Shown here: piece after piece, positions 16,980 to 26,633 of the stretch
Position numbering within the stretch: the stretch's first letter is position 1
Layout of the letters: each line of letters begins with the position of its first letter
Origin: Archangium sp.
GTDB lineage: Bacteria > Myxococcota > Myxococcia > Myxococcales > Myxococcaceae
Length of the DNA stretch: 29,750 nucleotides
Assembly: GCA_031367385.1 (NCBI GenBank)
Contig: JANLPS010000370.1
Coordinates: forward strand, 1-29,750
Direction: 5' to 3'
The notes under the pieces: model-generated
Database searches by the model: none
What the model saw: only the letters and a program-made list of their open reading frames with translations
Told to the model about the DNA's origin: nothing
Made by a program: the position numbers and the translations under genes

Positions 16980-18824
16980 TCAGCTGGTCGCGAAGGCCGC
17001 GTCTGCGATGTCGATGGGCGAGGCGTCTTCGAGCACGCAGACCTTCGCGCTCATCTCGACCTCGGGCAGAATGTTTCGCCCGTACCAGAGCGCCGAGTAG
17101 CGCTTGCCTTCGTAGAACGCCCGGTCAGGGTCGGTCTCGGGCAGCTTGGCGAGCTTGCCTTCAGCGATGATCGCGCCGTCGAGCAGCAGCCAGCCGACCG
17201 CGAGCTCCGACATCATCTTCAAGAAGCGGTTGGCCATCAGCGGCACGAGCTGGGTCTTCTCGGGCACCTGTGACCAGCCCATCATGCCCATCGCGACCTG
17301 CATCACGGCCTCTGAAGCGCCGCCGAGCTGCTCGACCACTTTGCCGTAGACCGGGTTGGCCTTGTTCTTCTCGACGAAAGCGCTGATGTCGGAGATGAAC
17401 GCGCTGAAGTTCGAGCCGCCGCTCTGGCCGAGCTTGCGACCCACCAGGTCCATCGCTTGAATGTGGTTGGTGCCCTCGTAGATGCTGAAGATCTTCGCGT
17501 CGCGGGTGTACTGCTCGACCGGCCAATCGCGCAGAAACCCGGCGCCGCCGTAGATCTGCATCGCCACCGCGCAGAGCCGAAACGACTCGTCAGACGCATA
17601 GGCCTTGACCAACGGGGTGAGCAGGTCGACCTGGCCCACGTGATACGCGGTCTTCTCATCGTCTTTGCCAGCGATCACCAGCGACTGATCTCGGTGGGTG
17701 GCGAGCTTGATCACCAGCGCGCGAATGCCTTCGACGTGGGCCTTGAGCTCGAGCAGCATGCGGCGAACGTCGGCGTGCTCGATGATCGCCACGCGCGGCT
17801 TGGTGGGGTCGCGCCAGAACTTGAAGCTCGAGCCTTGTTTGCGGTCTTTGGCGTACTCGAGGGCGTTCAGGTACGCGCTCGAAGCCACCGCGAGGCCTTG
17901 AACACCGACCGCGATGCGTGCGCCGTTCATCATGCGAAACATCTGCGAGATGCCTTGGTGCTCGACGGTGCCGACGAGCTCTCCGAAGCAGTCGCCGTTC
18001 TCACCGAAGCTCAGAGAGCAGGTGGCCGAGGCGTTGATGCCCATCTTGTGCTCGAGCCCCGCGAGGCTGACATCGTTGCTGCCGCCGACCGAGCCATCGG
18101 CGTTCACCTTGCGCTTGGGCACGATGAACAGCGAGAGCCCCTTGGTGCCTGGAGGCGCGCCTTCGATGCGGGCGAGCACGAGGTGAATGATGTTCTCGGT
18201 GAGGTCTTGATCGCCGCCCGAAATGTAGATCTTCGAGCCGGTGATTTTGTAGGTGCCGTCGGGTTGCTTGACAGCCTTGCTTGTGGCCGCGCCCACATCG
18301 GAGCCGGCCTGAGGCTCGGTGAGGCACATCGTGCCCGCCCAGTGACCCGAGAACATCTTCTCGGCGTAGCGCTTTTTCTGCGGCTGAGTGCCGAACTCGC
18401 CGATGACCTCGGCCGCGCCCTGGCTCAGGCCGCTGTACATGTTGAAGGCGGTGTTCGAGCCCGAGCAGATCTCTTCGATCAGCGCGAACAGGCCGTACGG
18501 AGCGCCCTGCCCTCCGAACTCCTTGCTCACCGAGACCTGCTTGATGCCAGCCTCGACGAGCTTCTTCCACGCGTCTTGAAAGCCCTTGGGCGTGACCACG
18601 CCGCCGTCGACGACTTTGAGGCCCTCGTCGTCACCGCTGGCGTTCAGCGGCCCCATCACTTCGCGGGCGAAGCGGTAGGTCTCGTTGAGAATCGCTTTGG
18701 CGGTGTCTTCGTCCCACCCGTCGTAGGGCCCTTTGCCTGCGACGTCGTTGAAGCCGAACTGCTCGAAGAGCACGAAAAACATCTCGCGAAGGTCTGCTTT
18801 GTAGCGATTGACGTACGAGGCCAT
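16980..18824 (-). CDS. Acyl-CoA dehydrogenase, long ~610 aa type
   Basis: GTMCLTEPQAGSDVG, KIYISGGDQDLTENIIHLVLAR, GTKGLSLFIVPK, EHKMGINASATC, QIYGGAGF, IYEGTNHIQAMDLVGRK; likely start MASYVNRYK at 18824. Confidence 0.96.
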   Translation of the reverse strand: MASYVNRYKADLREMFFVLFEQFGFNDVAGKGPYDGWDEDTAKAILNETYRFAREVMGPLNASGDDEGLKVVDGGVVTPKGFQDAWKKLVEAGIKQVSVSKEFGGQGAPYGLFALIEEICSGSNTAFNMYSGLSQGAAEVIGEFGTQPQKKRYAEKMFSGHWAGTMCLTEPQAGSDVGAATSKAVKQPDGTYKITGSKIYISGGDQDLTENIIHLVLARIEGAPPGTKGLSLFIVPKRKVNADGSVGGSNDVSLAGLEHKMGINASATCSLSFGENGDCFGELVGTVEHQGISQMFRMMNGARIAVGVQGLAVASSAYLNALEYAKDRKQGSSFKFWRDPTKPRVAIIEHADVRRMLLELKAHVEGIRALVIKLATHRDQSLVIAGKDDEKTAYHVGQVDLLTPLVKAYASDESFRLCAVAMQIYGGAGFLRDWPVEQYTRDAKIFSIYEGTNHIQAMDLVGRKLGQSGGSNFSAFISDISAFVEKNKANPVYGKVVEQLGGASEAVMQVAMGMMGWSQVPEKTQLVPLMANRFLKMMSELAVGWLLLDGAIIAEGKLAKLPETDPDRAFYEGKRYSALWYGRNILPEVEMSAKVCVLEDASPIDIADAAFATS

Positions 18825-18940
18825 GGGCACTCCGATTCGAGGACCCGGCATGCTTGCGAATAATTGATTCTGAAGTCAACGAATTCGGCCGCGGTGCGTC
18901 ATGACCGGCCAGGTGGGTCGATGTGCGCGCTGGGCCAGGG

Positions 18941-19022
18941 GGGTCCTTCGACTCCGGGCGTTCGGCCTTCTCAGGATGAACGGGGACCCGCAACCGCTCG
19001 TCCTGAGGGACTCGAAGGACCC
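18941..19022. repeat. REP/MITE-like long palindromic element
   Basis: Perfect outer arms GGGTCCTTCGA (18941-18951) and TCGAAGGACCC (19012-19022); inner arms CTCAGGATGAACGG (18970-18983) and CCGCTCGTCCTGAG (18994-19007), 12/14 complementary. Confidence 0.7.
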
Positions 19023-19026
19023 TCGG

Positions 19027-19692
19027 TTACTTCTTCTTCTTCTTCTTCTGAACGGGCTTGGGCGTTGGCTTGGCCTTGGGTTTCGACTTCAGCTTCGGCG
19101 CAGGCTTGTTTGGCTTCGCCGCTTTCGCCACGGCCTTCGGCTTCGCGCTCGGCGCCTTCTTCGCCGGAGCCACCGGCTGCGCCACGAGCAACGACGACCT
19201 CGCCACGTTCACCACCATCGGCGGCTGGCCGTTGCGTGCGCGCAGCTCATCGTCGGGTGAATAGAACACCTGCAGCGTCGCGTGGCCCTTCGCGGCGAGC
19301 TCACCGCGCTGATTCTCGGCCCACAATTCAAGCTCGAGAAAGTAGCGCCCATTCTGCCCGTGCCGGTCGAACACCCGGCCCTTGCACACCAGCGTATCGC
19401 CCGGCCACAGCATGCGGCTGAACCGCGCGGTGAACCGCTTGAGCTGCGCGCCGCGCCCCCAATCAGAGACCAGCTGCCCCAAAAAACCCATCGCCAGCCC
19501 CGGAGGCGCCATCACCGACGGCATGCCCGCGGTTCTCGCGTACTGATCATCGACCCACATCGGGTTGAAGTCGCCGGTCGCGCCCGCGTACCTGGCCAGC
19601 TGCACGCGATCGATTGGCGCCTTGGCCATCGCTGGCAGCTCGTCACCGATGCGCGTGCTCTCGAAGAACACCTTTCGAACTGGGAGCGCCAT
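19027..19692 (-). CDS. MaoC-family (hotdog) dehydratase with Lys/Pro/Ala-rich C-terminal tail
   Basis: YAGATGDFNPMWVDDQYAR..G.PSVMAPPG hydratase motif region; FSRMLWPGDTL; tail PAKKAPSAKPKAVAKAAKP...KKKKKK. Confidence 0.88.
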   Translation of the reverse strand: MALPVRKVFFESTRIGDELPAMAKAPIDRVQLARYAGATGDFNPMWVDDQYARTAGMPSVMAPPGLAMGFLGQLVSDWGRGAQLKRFTARFSRMLWPGDTLVCKGRVFDRHGQNGRYFLELELWAENQRGELAAKGHATLQVFYSPDDELRARNGQPPMVVNVARSSLLVAQPVAPAKKAPSAKPKAVAKAAKPNKPAPKLKSKPKAKPTPKPVQKKKKKK

Positions 19693-20138
19693 TACACGTC
19701 CCTCGTGGCGCGAAAGACGTAGGTGCGGCGGCCGCGGTACACCAGCCGGCCGTCGACATCACGGCCTTCATCTTCGAGCACGGCGACCTCGAGGGGCCCG
19801 GTCGGGCCCGGGCGCTCTCCGACCTCGGCGATGCGCGAGCTGACCATGATTCGGTCTCCCGCGACCATCGTGCGCTCGAAGTCCCAATTCAAGTCGGCCA
19901 GCAACAGGCTGCGAAGTGGTACCCCGAGCAGCTCTCGCAGGTCGGGCCCACTGGTGAAGCTGAACGCGAACGACGGAGGCGCGGGCACGCTGGTGAACCC
20001 CGCCGCCCTCGCCTGCTCTGCGTCGAAGTACATCGGGCTCGAGTCGCCGATGCTCTCGGCGAATCGGCGAATGGCACCCTTTTCGACTTCGTGGAGCGTC
20101 GGTGGTGATTTTCGACCAACGGCGTTGCGATCGAGCAT
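19692..20138 (-). CDS. MaoC N-terminal-type (HadA-like) hotdog partner subunit
   Basis: EVEKGAIRRFAESIGDSSPMYFDAEQARAAGF..VPAPPSF; stop overlaps the next start (TAATG). Confidence 0.88.
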   Translation of the reverse strand: MLDRNAVGRKSPPTLHEVEKGAIRRFAESIGDSSPMYFDAEQARAAGFTSVPAPPSFAFSFTSGPDLRELLGVPLRSLLLADLNWDFERTMVAGDRIMVSSRIAEVGERPGPTGPLEVAVLEDEGRDVDGRLVYRGRRTYVFRATRDV

Positions 20139-20156
20139 GAGTCTCCGGTTCTTGTT

Positions 20157-21224
20157 TTATCGGCCAGCAGGCAGTTCGAGCACGGTCAAGAGGCCTCGCC
20201 CAGCGGCCGTGACCCGCGGAGCTGCGTTGATGACGAGGTTTGCGGTCGCGCGATCTCCCGCGATACCGCCGGGGATGTGGAGCTTCACCTTCGGGTCGCC
20301 GTCGAGCTCGATGGTGTCGCCGGGGGGCTCGGCGCCGACGGCGATGGTCAGCTCGAGGCGTACGATTTCACGGCCCTCGGCCAGGCCCACCGCGCTCTGG
20401 TGAATGCCCGCGACCCGGCCCTTCTTCACCAAGAACGCCCCCCCGGGGATGTCTTCTTCGGCGAAGACCGGCGTCAGCTCTTCTTCGAAGTCATCGCAAT
20501 CGAGGCCCAGGCCCAATGCCGCCAGGGCAGCCGACTCGACCAGCCCGACGTGGCCCAGCCCATCTTGGTCGACCAGCTCGAAGAACTCGGCCTCGGTGAG
20601 CCCTGCTCCGACCTTTCGCTGCAGAGCCTCACGCCGTGTTCTCGCGTCGACGATGCGCACGGCTTTCACGTGTCGCACCTCGCTGCACACCTGCCCGATG
20701 GTCGCGACCAACCGGTCGAGCACGAAGCCCGGGTTCACGCCGGTGCCGACGATGCTCACATTGCCGCGCGTGGCCGCCCGGTCGATCTGCTCGGCCAGCT
20801 CGGCATGGTTGAACCAGGGAAACGCGAGCTCCTCGCAGGTCGAGACCACGTGCATGCCGTGCGAAATCGCCTCGAGAATCTGGTCTTTGACCTGGGGTAA
20901 TTTTGAACCAGTCGCATGGAGCAGGACGACGCCCTGCCGCCGCTGCACCGCTGGAGCCAGGGAGCTCTGCACCTTGAACGTGCCCGCGGGTACCCCCAAG
21001 ACGTCAGACATTTTTCGACCTGAGATCGAGGGGCTCTTGTCGACCGCGCCAATCAGCTCGACTTCTTCAGACTGCAGCGCCGCGCGGGCGATCTCCTGAC
21101 CGATGTAGCCCAGGCCCATGACGACGACGGGCACCCGGCCCTCGCTTCGTGGTGCGGCTGGCTCGGCCGAACGGGCCGAGGTGGTCTGGTTTCGCCGGCC
21201 GTCACCCCTGGGACTTCTGGCCAT
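20157..21224 (-). CDS. NAD(P)-dependent amine dehydrogenase / 2,4-diaminopentanoate dehydrogenase-like (DapB_N) protein
   Basis: GLGYIG, HATGS, VVSTCEELAFPW, GTGVNPGFVLD, LQRKVGAG, GHVGLVES, GDRATAN; likely start ATG 21224 because the track start overlaps the HD-GYP gene. Confidence 0.85.
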   Translation of the reverse strand: MARSPRGDGRRNQTTSARSAEPAAPRSEGRVPVVVMGLGYIGQEIARAALQSEEVELIGAVDKSPSISGRKMSDVLGVPAGTFKVQSSLAPAVQRRQGVVLLHATGSKLPQVKDQILEAISHGMHVVSTCEELAFPWFNHAELAEQIDRAATRGNVSIVGTGVNPGFVLDRLVATIGQVCSEVRHVKAVRIVDARTRREALQRKVGAGLTEAEFFELVDQDGLGHVGLVESAALAALGLGLDCDDFEEELTPVFAEEDIPGGAFLVKKGRVAGIHQSAVGLAEGREIVRLELTIAVGAEPPGDTIELDGDPKVKLHIPGGIAGDRATANLVINAAPRVTAAGRGLLTVLELPAGR

Positions 21225-21342
21225 AGTCGGGACATGGTAGACGACGCTTTTCGAGGTGGGCCAGAAATCTCTAGGCGCGCGCGCCCATGAGAACCCGGCT
21301 AGGTTTCGGTCAGGGGCGTAAAAACCCTGGAGATTCAACGAC

Positions 21343-22434
21343 ATGGAACGATTTTTGGTGGTGGATGACGACCCCGACATTACCGGCGCGCTGAGCCGGG
21401 TATTGCAGTCGATGGGGTTCGAGGTGGTGGCGTACAACGACTCCCGCGAGGCTGCGAAGGCGTCGGCGTTCGATGTGGTGCTCAGCGATTTCATGATGCC
21501 GCACCTCAACGGCGTCGAGCTGTTGGGTCAACTGCGCGCATCGAACCCGAAGGCCGTGCGGTTGATGCTCACTGCCGCCAGTGACTTCAAAGTGGCGCTC
21601 GAAGCGGTCAATCGCGGAGAGGTCTTTCGCCTGCTGCCCAAGCCATGGCGGCTCGATGACCTCAAAGCCGCGGTGACCCAAGCGGTCGAGTACAGCCGCC
21701 TGGTTCGCGACAACGAGCGGCTGATCATCGAGGTCGCCAAACAGAACGCAGAGCTCAAAGAAATGAACGTCAGGCTCGAGCAGCTGGTGGTCGAGCGCAC
21801 CAGCGGCATGCTCGAAGGCATGGTTCGGGCCCTCGACAGCCGAGACACCGAGACGCAGTGGCACTCGTGGCGCGTGGCGAAGTTCACCCGGCGCATCGCC
21901 GAGGCCGCGGGCATCACCGGTGACGAGCTGATGAACATCGAGCAGGGCGCGCTGCTGCACGACATCGGCAAGATCGGCGTTCGCGACTCGATTCTGCTCA
22001 AGCCGGGCCCGCTGACCCCTGAAGAGTGGGTCGAGATGAAGAAGCACCCCGAGCTCGGCTTTCGAATGATCGCCAACATCCCCTACCTCAAAGACGCCGC
22101 GCAGATCGTGTACCAGCACCAGGAGCGCTACGACGGGCGCGGGTACCCCCGTGGCCTCAAGGGCGAAGAGATCACCATCGGCGCGCGCATCTTCGTGATC
22201 GCCGACACGATGGACGCGATCACCTCTGACCGGCCGTACCGCAAGGGCTCTCCGCTCGAGGTGGCCCTGGCCGAGATCGAGCGACTGGCGGGCACGCAGT
22301 TCGACCCTGGCCTGGTGAAGGTGTTCTTGGCCCTGCCGCCCAGCGAGTGGGTGCAGATTCGCACCGACGTGAATCACCTCGAGGCGAAAGACAAGGCGCG
22401 GTGGCCGTCGAGCGTGGCGCCGTCACCGTCGTGA
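21343..22434 (+). CDS. Response regulator with HD-GYP phosphodiesterase domain (RpfG-like)
   Basis: REC (LVVDD, SDFMMP, KPW); coiled coil; HSWRV, LLHDIGKIG, HQERYDGRGYPRGLKGEEI, DAITSDRPYR. Confidence 0.95.
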   Translation: MERFLVVDDDPDITGALSRVLQSMGFEVVAYNDSREAAKASAFDVVLSDFMMPHLNGVELLGQLRASNPKAVRLMLTAASDFKVALEAVNRGEVFRLLPKPWRLDDLKAAVTQAVEYSRLVRDNERLIIEVAKQNAELKEMNVRLEQLVVERTSGMLEGMVRALDSRDTETQWHSWRVAKFTRRIAEAAGITGDELMNIEQGALLHDIGKIGVRDSILLKPGPLTPEEWVEMKKHPELGFRMIANIPYLKDAAQIVYQHQERYDGRGYPRGLKGEEITIGARIFVIADTMDAITSDRPYRKGSPLEVALAEIERLAGTQFDPGLVKVFLALPPSEWVQIRTDVNHLEAKDKARWPSSVAPSPS

Positions 22435-23067
22435 AGCGCGCCGCAGAGGCTTGTTGACCGCGTAGCCCATCACCAACTTCACGATGTGCTCTTCGAGGCG
22501 CGGGTCGTCGATGAGCTCGCGACGGTTCACGACCGCACGGTGACAGATCGCCTCGACCGCGGTCACCAAGACGAAGGCGGTGAGGTTCACGTCTTTGATG
22601 CCCAGCTCGTCGCGATGCGCCTCCAAGTACAGCGCGATCAGCCGCTCTGAGCCGCGGTTGAGCTCATCGAGCGCAGCGAGCGCTCCGACTCGGGGCACTT
22701 GCTCAATCAAGACCCGGTGCAGGTCGGGGTTTACCTGGTGCTGCTCCATCAACAGGTGAATCAGCTCGCGGGTCGCCTGCTCGGGAGAAGCCGTGAGCAG
22801 CTCGAGCGTGCGGGCCCCGAAGCGGGTGGTGATCGCGTTGGCGTGCTGCTCCATCACCGCGAGCACCAGCGAGTCTTTGGAGGGGAAGTACTGGTACAGC
22901 GTGCCGATGCTCACGCCAGCCTCGCGGGCGACCCGATTGGTGCTGGCGCCGTCGTAGCCTTCTTTGACCAAAACGCGAGTCATCGCTTGAATCATGGCGT
23001 CGACGGTGACCTTCGAGCGGCTCTGCGACGGGCGTTTTCTCGGGGAAGTTTTCGGTGTTTTCGTCAC
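22423..23067 (-). CDS. TetR/AcrR-family transcriptional regulator
   Basis: PRKRPSQSRSKVTVDA; HTH STNRVAREAGVSIGTLYQYFPSKDSL; likely GTG start at 23067, divergent from the P450. Confidence 0.92.
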   Translation of the reverse strand: MTKTPKTSPRKRPSQSRSKVTVDAMIQAMTRVLVKEGYDGASTNRVAREAGVSIGTLYQYFPSKDSLVLAVMEQHANAITTRFGARTLELLTASPEQATRELIHLLMEQHQVNPDLHRVLIEQVPRVGALAALDELNRGSERLIALYLEAHRDELGIKDVNLTAFVLVTAVEAICHRAVVNRRELIDDPRLEEHIVKLVMGYAVNKPLRRASRR

Positions 23068-23081
23068 GGTTGCGCTCCGGT

Positions 23082-23131
23082 GCTCGAATGCGAGCGAATA
23101 GCGAGTCTTCAATGCGAGTAATTGCTCGTAT
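23082..23131. promoter_or_regulatory. Putative TetR operator array between tetR and P450
   Basis: ATGCGAG-TAATTG-CTCGTAT (23112-23131, 6/7 inverted repeat), GCTCG-AATG-CGAGC (23082-23095) and repeated GCGAG half-sites in a 73-bp spacer. Confidence 0.65.
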
Positions 23132-23140
23132 CTTCGTACC

Positions 23141-24514
23141 ATGAACATCGCGCAAGCGCAGACCGCTTCAGCCACACAGCCACCTCCTGGGCCCCGGTCA
23201 CCTCGCCCGATCTTCGGCTTCTTGCCCGAGGTGCGAGCCAACAAGCTCGGCTTCTTCGCGAACACCAGCCGCGACTTCGGGGGCGTGGTGAAGATACCGA
23301 TCGTCATCGACATGTACGTGGTCACCGACCCCGACGCTTTGAAGCACGTGCTGCAAGACAACCACCTCAACTACACCAAGGGCTTCAACTACCGTCGCAT
23401 GGGCCGGTTTCTCGGCAACGGCCTGCTCACCAGCGAAGGCGAGGAGTGGAAGAAGAACCGTCGCCTGGCGTCTCCCGCGTTTCACAAGCAGCGCATCGCC
23501 GGGTTCTTCGACTTGATGGTGAAGCACACCGAGCAGCTGCTCGGCGAATGGGCCCGCCACCCCACCGGCCGGCCGCTCGACGCGCACGCCTCGATGATGG
23601 CGCTGACCCTGTGGGTGGTGGGCGACGCGCTGTTCTCGAGTGACGTCGCGAGCCAGACGCATGAGGTCGGTGAAGCGCTGAGCACCGTGCTCGAGGTGAC
23701 CAATGAGTGGTTCGAGCAGATCGTGGTGCCGCCGAAGTGGGTGCCCACGCCGCAAAACGTTCGCTTCAACCGTGCGATGGGGGTGCTCGATGCACTGGTC
23801 ACGCGACTCCTCGCCCAGCGGCGCGCGAGCCAAACGCAGCACCACGACCTGCTGGCGATGCTGATGGAGGCCCGAACCGAAGATGGCACCGAGGGCATGA
23901 ACGACCGGCAATTGCGCGACGAGGTGATGACGATGGTGCTCGCAGGCCACGAGACCACGGCCAACGCGCTGACCTGGGCACTGTACCTGCTCAGCACGCA
24001 CCCGCAGGTCGAGCGAACCCTGGTCGCGGAGCTGACTTCGCAGCTGCAAGGCCGCTTTCCCACCTTCGAAGATCTGCCGAAGCTCACCTACACCAAGCAG
24101 GTCATCGAAGAGACGATGCGGCTCTACCCACCGGCGTGGGCCGTCGGGCGCACCGCGATCAAAGACGATGAAATCTGTGGGTATTTCGTGCCCAAGGGCG
24201 CCCAGGTGATGCTGTTCAACTGGTTCACGCACCGCGACCCCGCGCACTGGCCAAACCCCGAGGGCTTCGACCCAGACCGCTTCGCTCCCAGCGCGCCTGC
24301 CCGGCACCGCTTCGCGTTCTCACCCTTCGCCGCCGGCCCTCGCATGTGCATCGGCAACGCCTTCGCGATGATGGAGATGCAGCTGGTCTTGGCGATGGTC
24401 GTTCAACGGTTTCGCGTCGACGTCGCGCCCGGCCAAGTCGTGGTGCCGCACCCATCGGTCACCTTGCGACCCGCAGACGGCCTCTCGGTCAATCTGACGA
24501 GTCGGTCGCCGTGA
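23141..24514 (+). CDS. Cytochrome P450
   Basis: LGNGLLTSEGEEW, AGHETT (I-helix), EETMRLYPP (ExxR), FDPDRF, FAAGPRMCIG (heme Cys). Confidence 0.97.
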   Translation: MNIAQAQTASATQPPPGPRSPRPIFGFLPEVRANKLGFFANTSRDFGGVVKIPIVIDMYVVTDPDALKHVLQDNHLNYTKGFNYRRMGRFLGNGLLTSEGEEWKKNRRLASPAFHKQRIAGFFDLMVKHTEQLLGEWARHPTGRPLDAHASMMALTLWVVGDALFSSDVASQTHEVGEALSTVLEVTNEWFEQIVVPPKWVPTPQNVRFNRAMGVLDALVTRLLAQRRASQTQHHDLLAMLMEARTEDGTEGMNDRQLRDEVMTMVLAGHETTANALTWALYLLSTHPQVERTLVAELTSQLQGRFPTFEDLPKLTYTKQVIEETMRLYPPAWAVGRTAIKDDEICGYFVPKGAQVMLFNWFTHRDPAHWPNPEGFDPDRFAPSAPARHRFAFSPFAAGPRMCIGNAFAMMEMQLVLAMVVQRFRVDVAPGQVVVPHPSVTLRPADGLSVNLTSRSP

Positions 24515-26558
24515 CTGAAAGAATCAAGTCGCCTTCGAGCAGCGAGTCGATCAGCTCCTGGCCCGAGGTGACGTCGCCGAACACGGTGTAGCGGCCATCG
24601 AGGTGCGGCTGCGCGGCGGTGGTGACGAAGAACTGCGAGCCACCGGTGTCTTTGCCCGACAGGGCCATGCCGACCGCCAAGCGAGTGTACGCGTGCTGGT
24701 TGAGCTCGCACCGAATCGCGTAGCCGGGGCCGCCCTCACCGTCGCCGCGGGGGTCTCCGGCCTGGGCCACGAAGCCGGGCACGATGCGGTGAAAGGTGAT
24801 GTTGTTGAAGTACCCCTTCTTCGCCAGGCTGATCATGTTCGCCGACGTGACGGGGGCGCGCGCGACATCGAGGGTGATCACGAACTGGCCCTTGAGGGTC
24901 TTCACGGTGAGCCGGTCTTCACCCTCGGCGGTCGACTTCGCGCGTCGGGGCGACGTGCCCGTGTACGGAGGTGCCACGACCACCTGCCCCATCAGCTTCG
25001 ACAAGGCCGCCGCGGTGGCCGCCCGAATGTTCGCGTACGGAGAGGTCAACCACGGCTGCAAGTCAGGCACGGCTTCTTTCGCCTCGAGCTCGGCCAGCAC
25101 TGCGGCGAGCGTGGGCGCGACGTCAGGCTTCGCACGCTTCACCAACGCCCGAATCTCGGGAATCGCTTGGCGATCTTTGAGCTCACCAGCGGCGCCTGCT
25201 GCAGTCGCGGCGACGATCAGGTCGTCGTTCTTGATCTGCGCGCGCACGATGGGCATCGCGAGCTCTGACTTGGTCGCACCGAGCAGATCGAGCGCGGCTT
25301 GACGCACCAGGTTGCTCGAGTGGCTCGCATAGCCCTTCACGTCGTTGACCCGCTTCTCGGGGTCAGCGGGAGGCGAACCGTGACCGAGCTCTTGCAGACC
25401 CACCGCGAGGCGCCGCGCTTCGGGCACCAGGCCGAACCCGCTGGTCAGTTAATTGACCTGCTGCCCACCGAGGCGATCGATCGCCGCGGCCAATCGGCAG
25501 TCGATGTTCGCCACGTCGCTCTTGATCAACGGCGAGCGCACGGCCTCGAAGCCATCGCCCAGCTGCCGTCGCAACGAGATCAGCACGCCCTGCCCCGCCG
25601 GCGGCAACCCGATCTGCGCCAACGCGAGCAATGGCTGAGCACCTCCGACCGAGTCACCGTTGAGCAGGCGATCTGCACGAACCGAGAGGTCTTCGAGCGC
25701 GGTGAGTGCCGGGCAGTCAGCGGTTTTGCACTTGAGCGCGACCTTGGCGAGCATGCGCGCGGCCTCGACCGAGACCCGGTAATCGGGGTCGTCGAGCAAC
25801 GGCTTCACTCCGGCGACCTCGGCCTCGGTGCCCACTTCGATGAGGCCCCGCGCACACACGGCACGAACCTCTGACGCATCATCGTGCAGACACTCGAGCA
25901 ACGCCGCGCGCGAGGCCGGGTCTTTCGACATCGCGAGGCCGTACGCGCCTCCGAAGCGAACTGCTTGGGGCACGTCTTTGTGCAGCAACGGAATAAGCGC
26001 GCCGACCGCACGGGCCGGCAACGAGGCCTTCACGGCTTTGACCGCGACTCCGAGCGCGACGGCCGAGTGGGCCCGAACGTCTGGCGAGGCATCGGCCAGC
26101 CGGTCGATCAACCGATTCAACGTGTCAGCGCTGGCCACTCGCCCCATCGCGTCGAGCAAGGCGAGCTTCACTTTGGGCAGCTCGTCTTGATCGGCCTCCG
26201 CCGCGAGGAGCCCCTGGCTCAAGGTCGCCTTCACCTCGTCGCTCAGCGGCTCCCACGAGAGGCCGAACAGCCCGATGCCAAACGCGGCTTGAAGGCGCGC
26301 GTTCACGTCAGGGTCTGAGAGCCCTTTGACGACCGCCTCTGCGGTGCTCGGCTCTTGCAGCCTGCCCATCGCGAGCAACCCTCTGGCACGAACTGCCGGG
26401 TCATTGGCGGTGAGCGCCAGCAACACCAAGCGGCCATCACCGAGCACGCGGCGGTCTTCGAGGTCGGCGATCTCGTCGAGCTCACGCGAGCCCGAGGGGC
26501 CACCCAATTGAACGGTACTGCAGGCACAGACCGCGAAGACGAGAGCAAAACGCCGCAT
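24489..26558 (-). pseudogene. HEAT-repeat lipoprotein with C-terminal cyclophilin-type PPIase, interrupted by one in-frame TAA
   Basis: MRRFALVFAVCAC from 26558; HEAT repeats (DPAVRARGLLAMGR, DPDVNARLQAAFGIG, DASPDVRAHSAVALG); TAA at 25451-25449; same frame continues LTSGFGLVPEARR...FHRIVPGFVAQAGDPRGDG...GMALSGKDTGGSQFF...HLDGRYTVFG to 24489. Confidence 0.85.
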
Positions 26559-26633
26559 GGACAGCGCGTGTAGAGAGCCCGCCCTGCCTTGTCGAGTGCA
26601 AACCGGGCACGTGCATGTACACTGACCGCCGCG

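Noticed and set aside
15072..24514. Desaturase, acyl-CoA dehydrogenase, MaoC pair and P450 as one biosynthetic cluster
   Set aside because: No PKS, NRPS, ACP or ligase core; the genes fall in several separately oriented units.
25449..25451. Selenocysteine or pyrrolysine recoding of the internal stop
   Set aside because: The codon is TAA, not TGA or TAG, and TAA ends other genes here normally.
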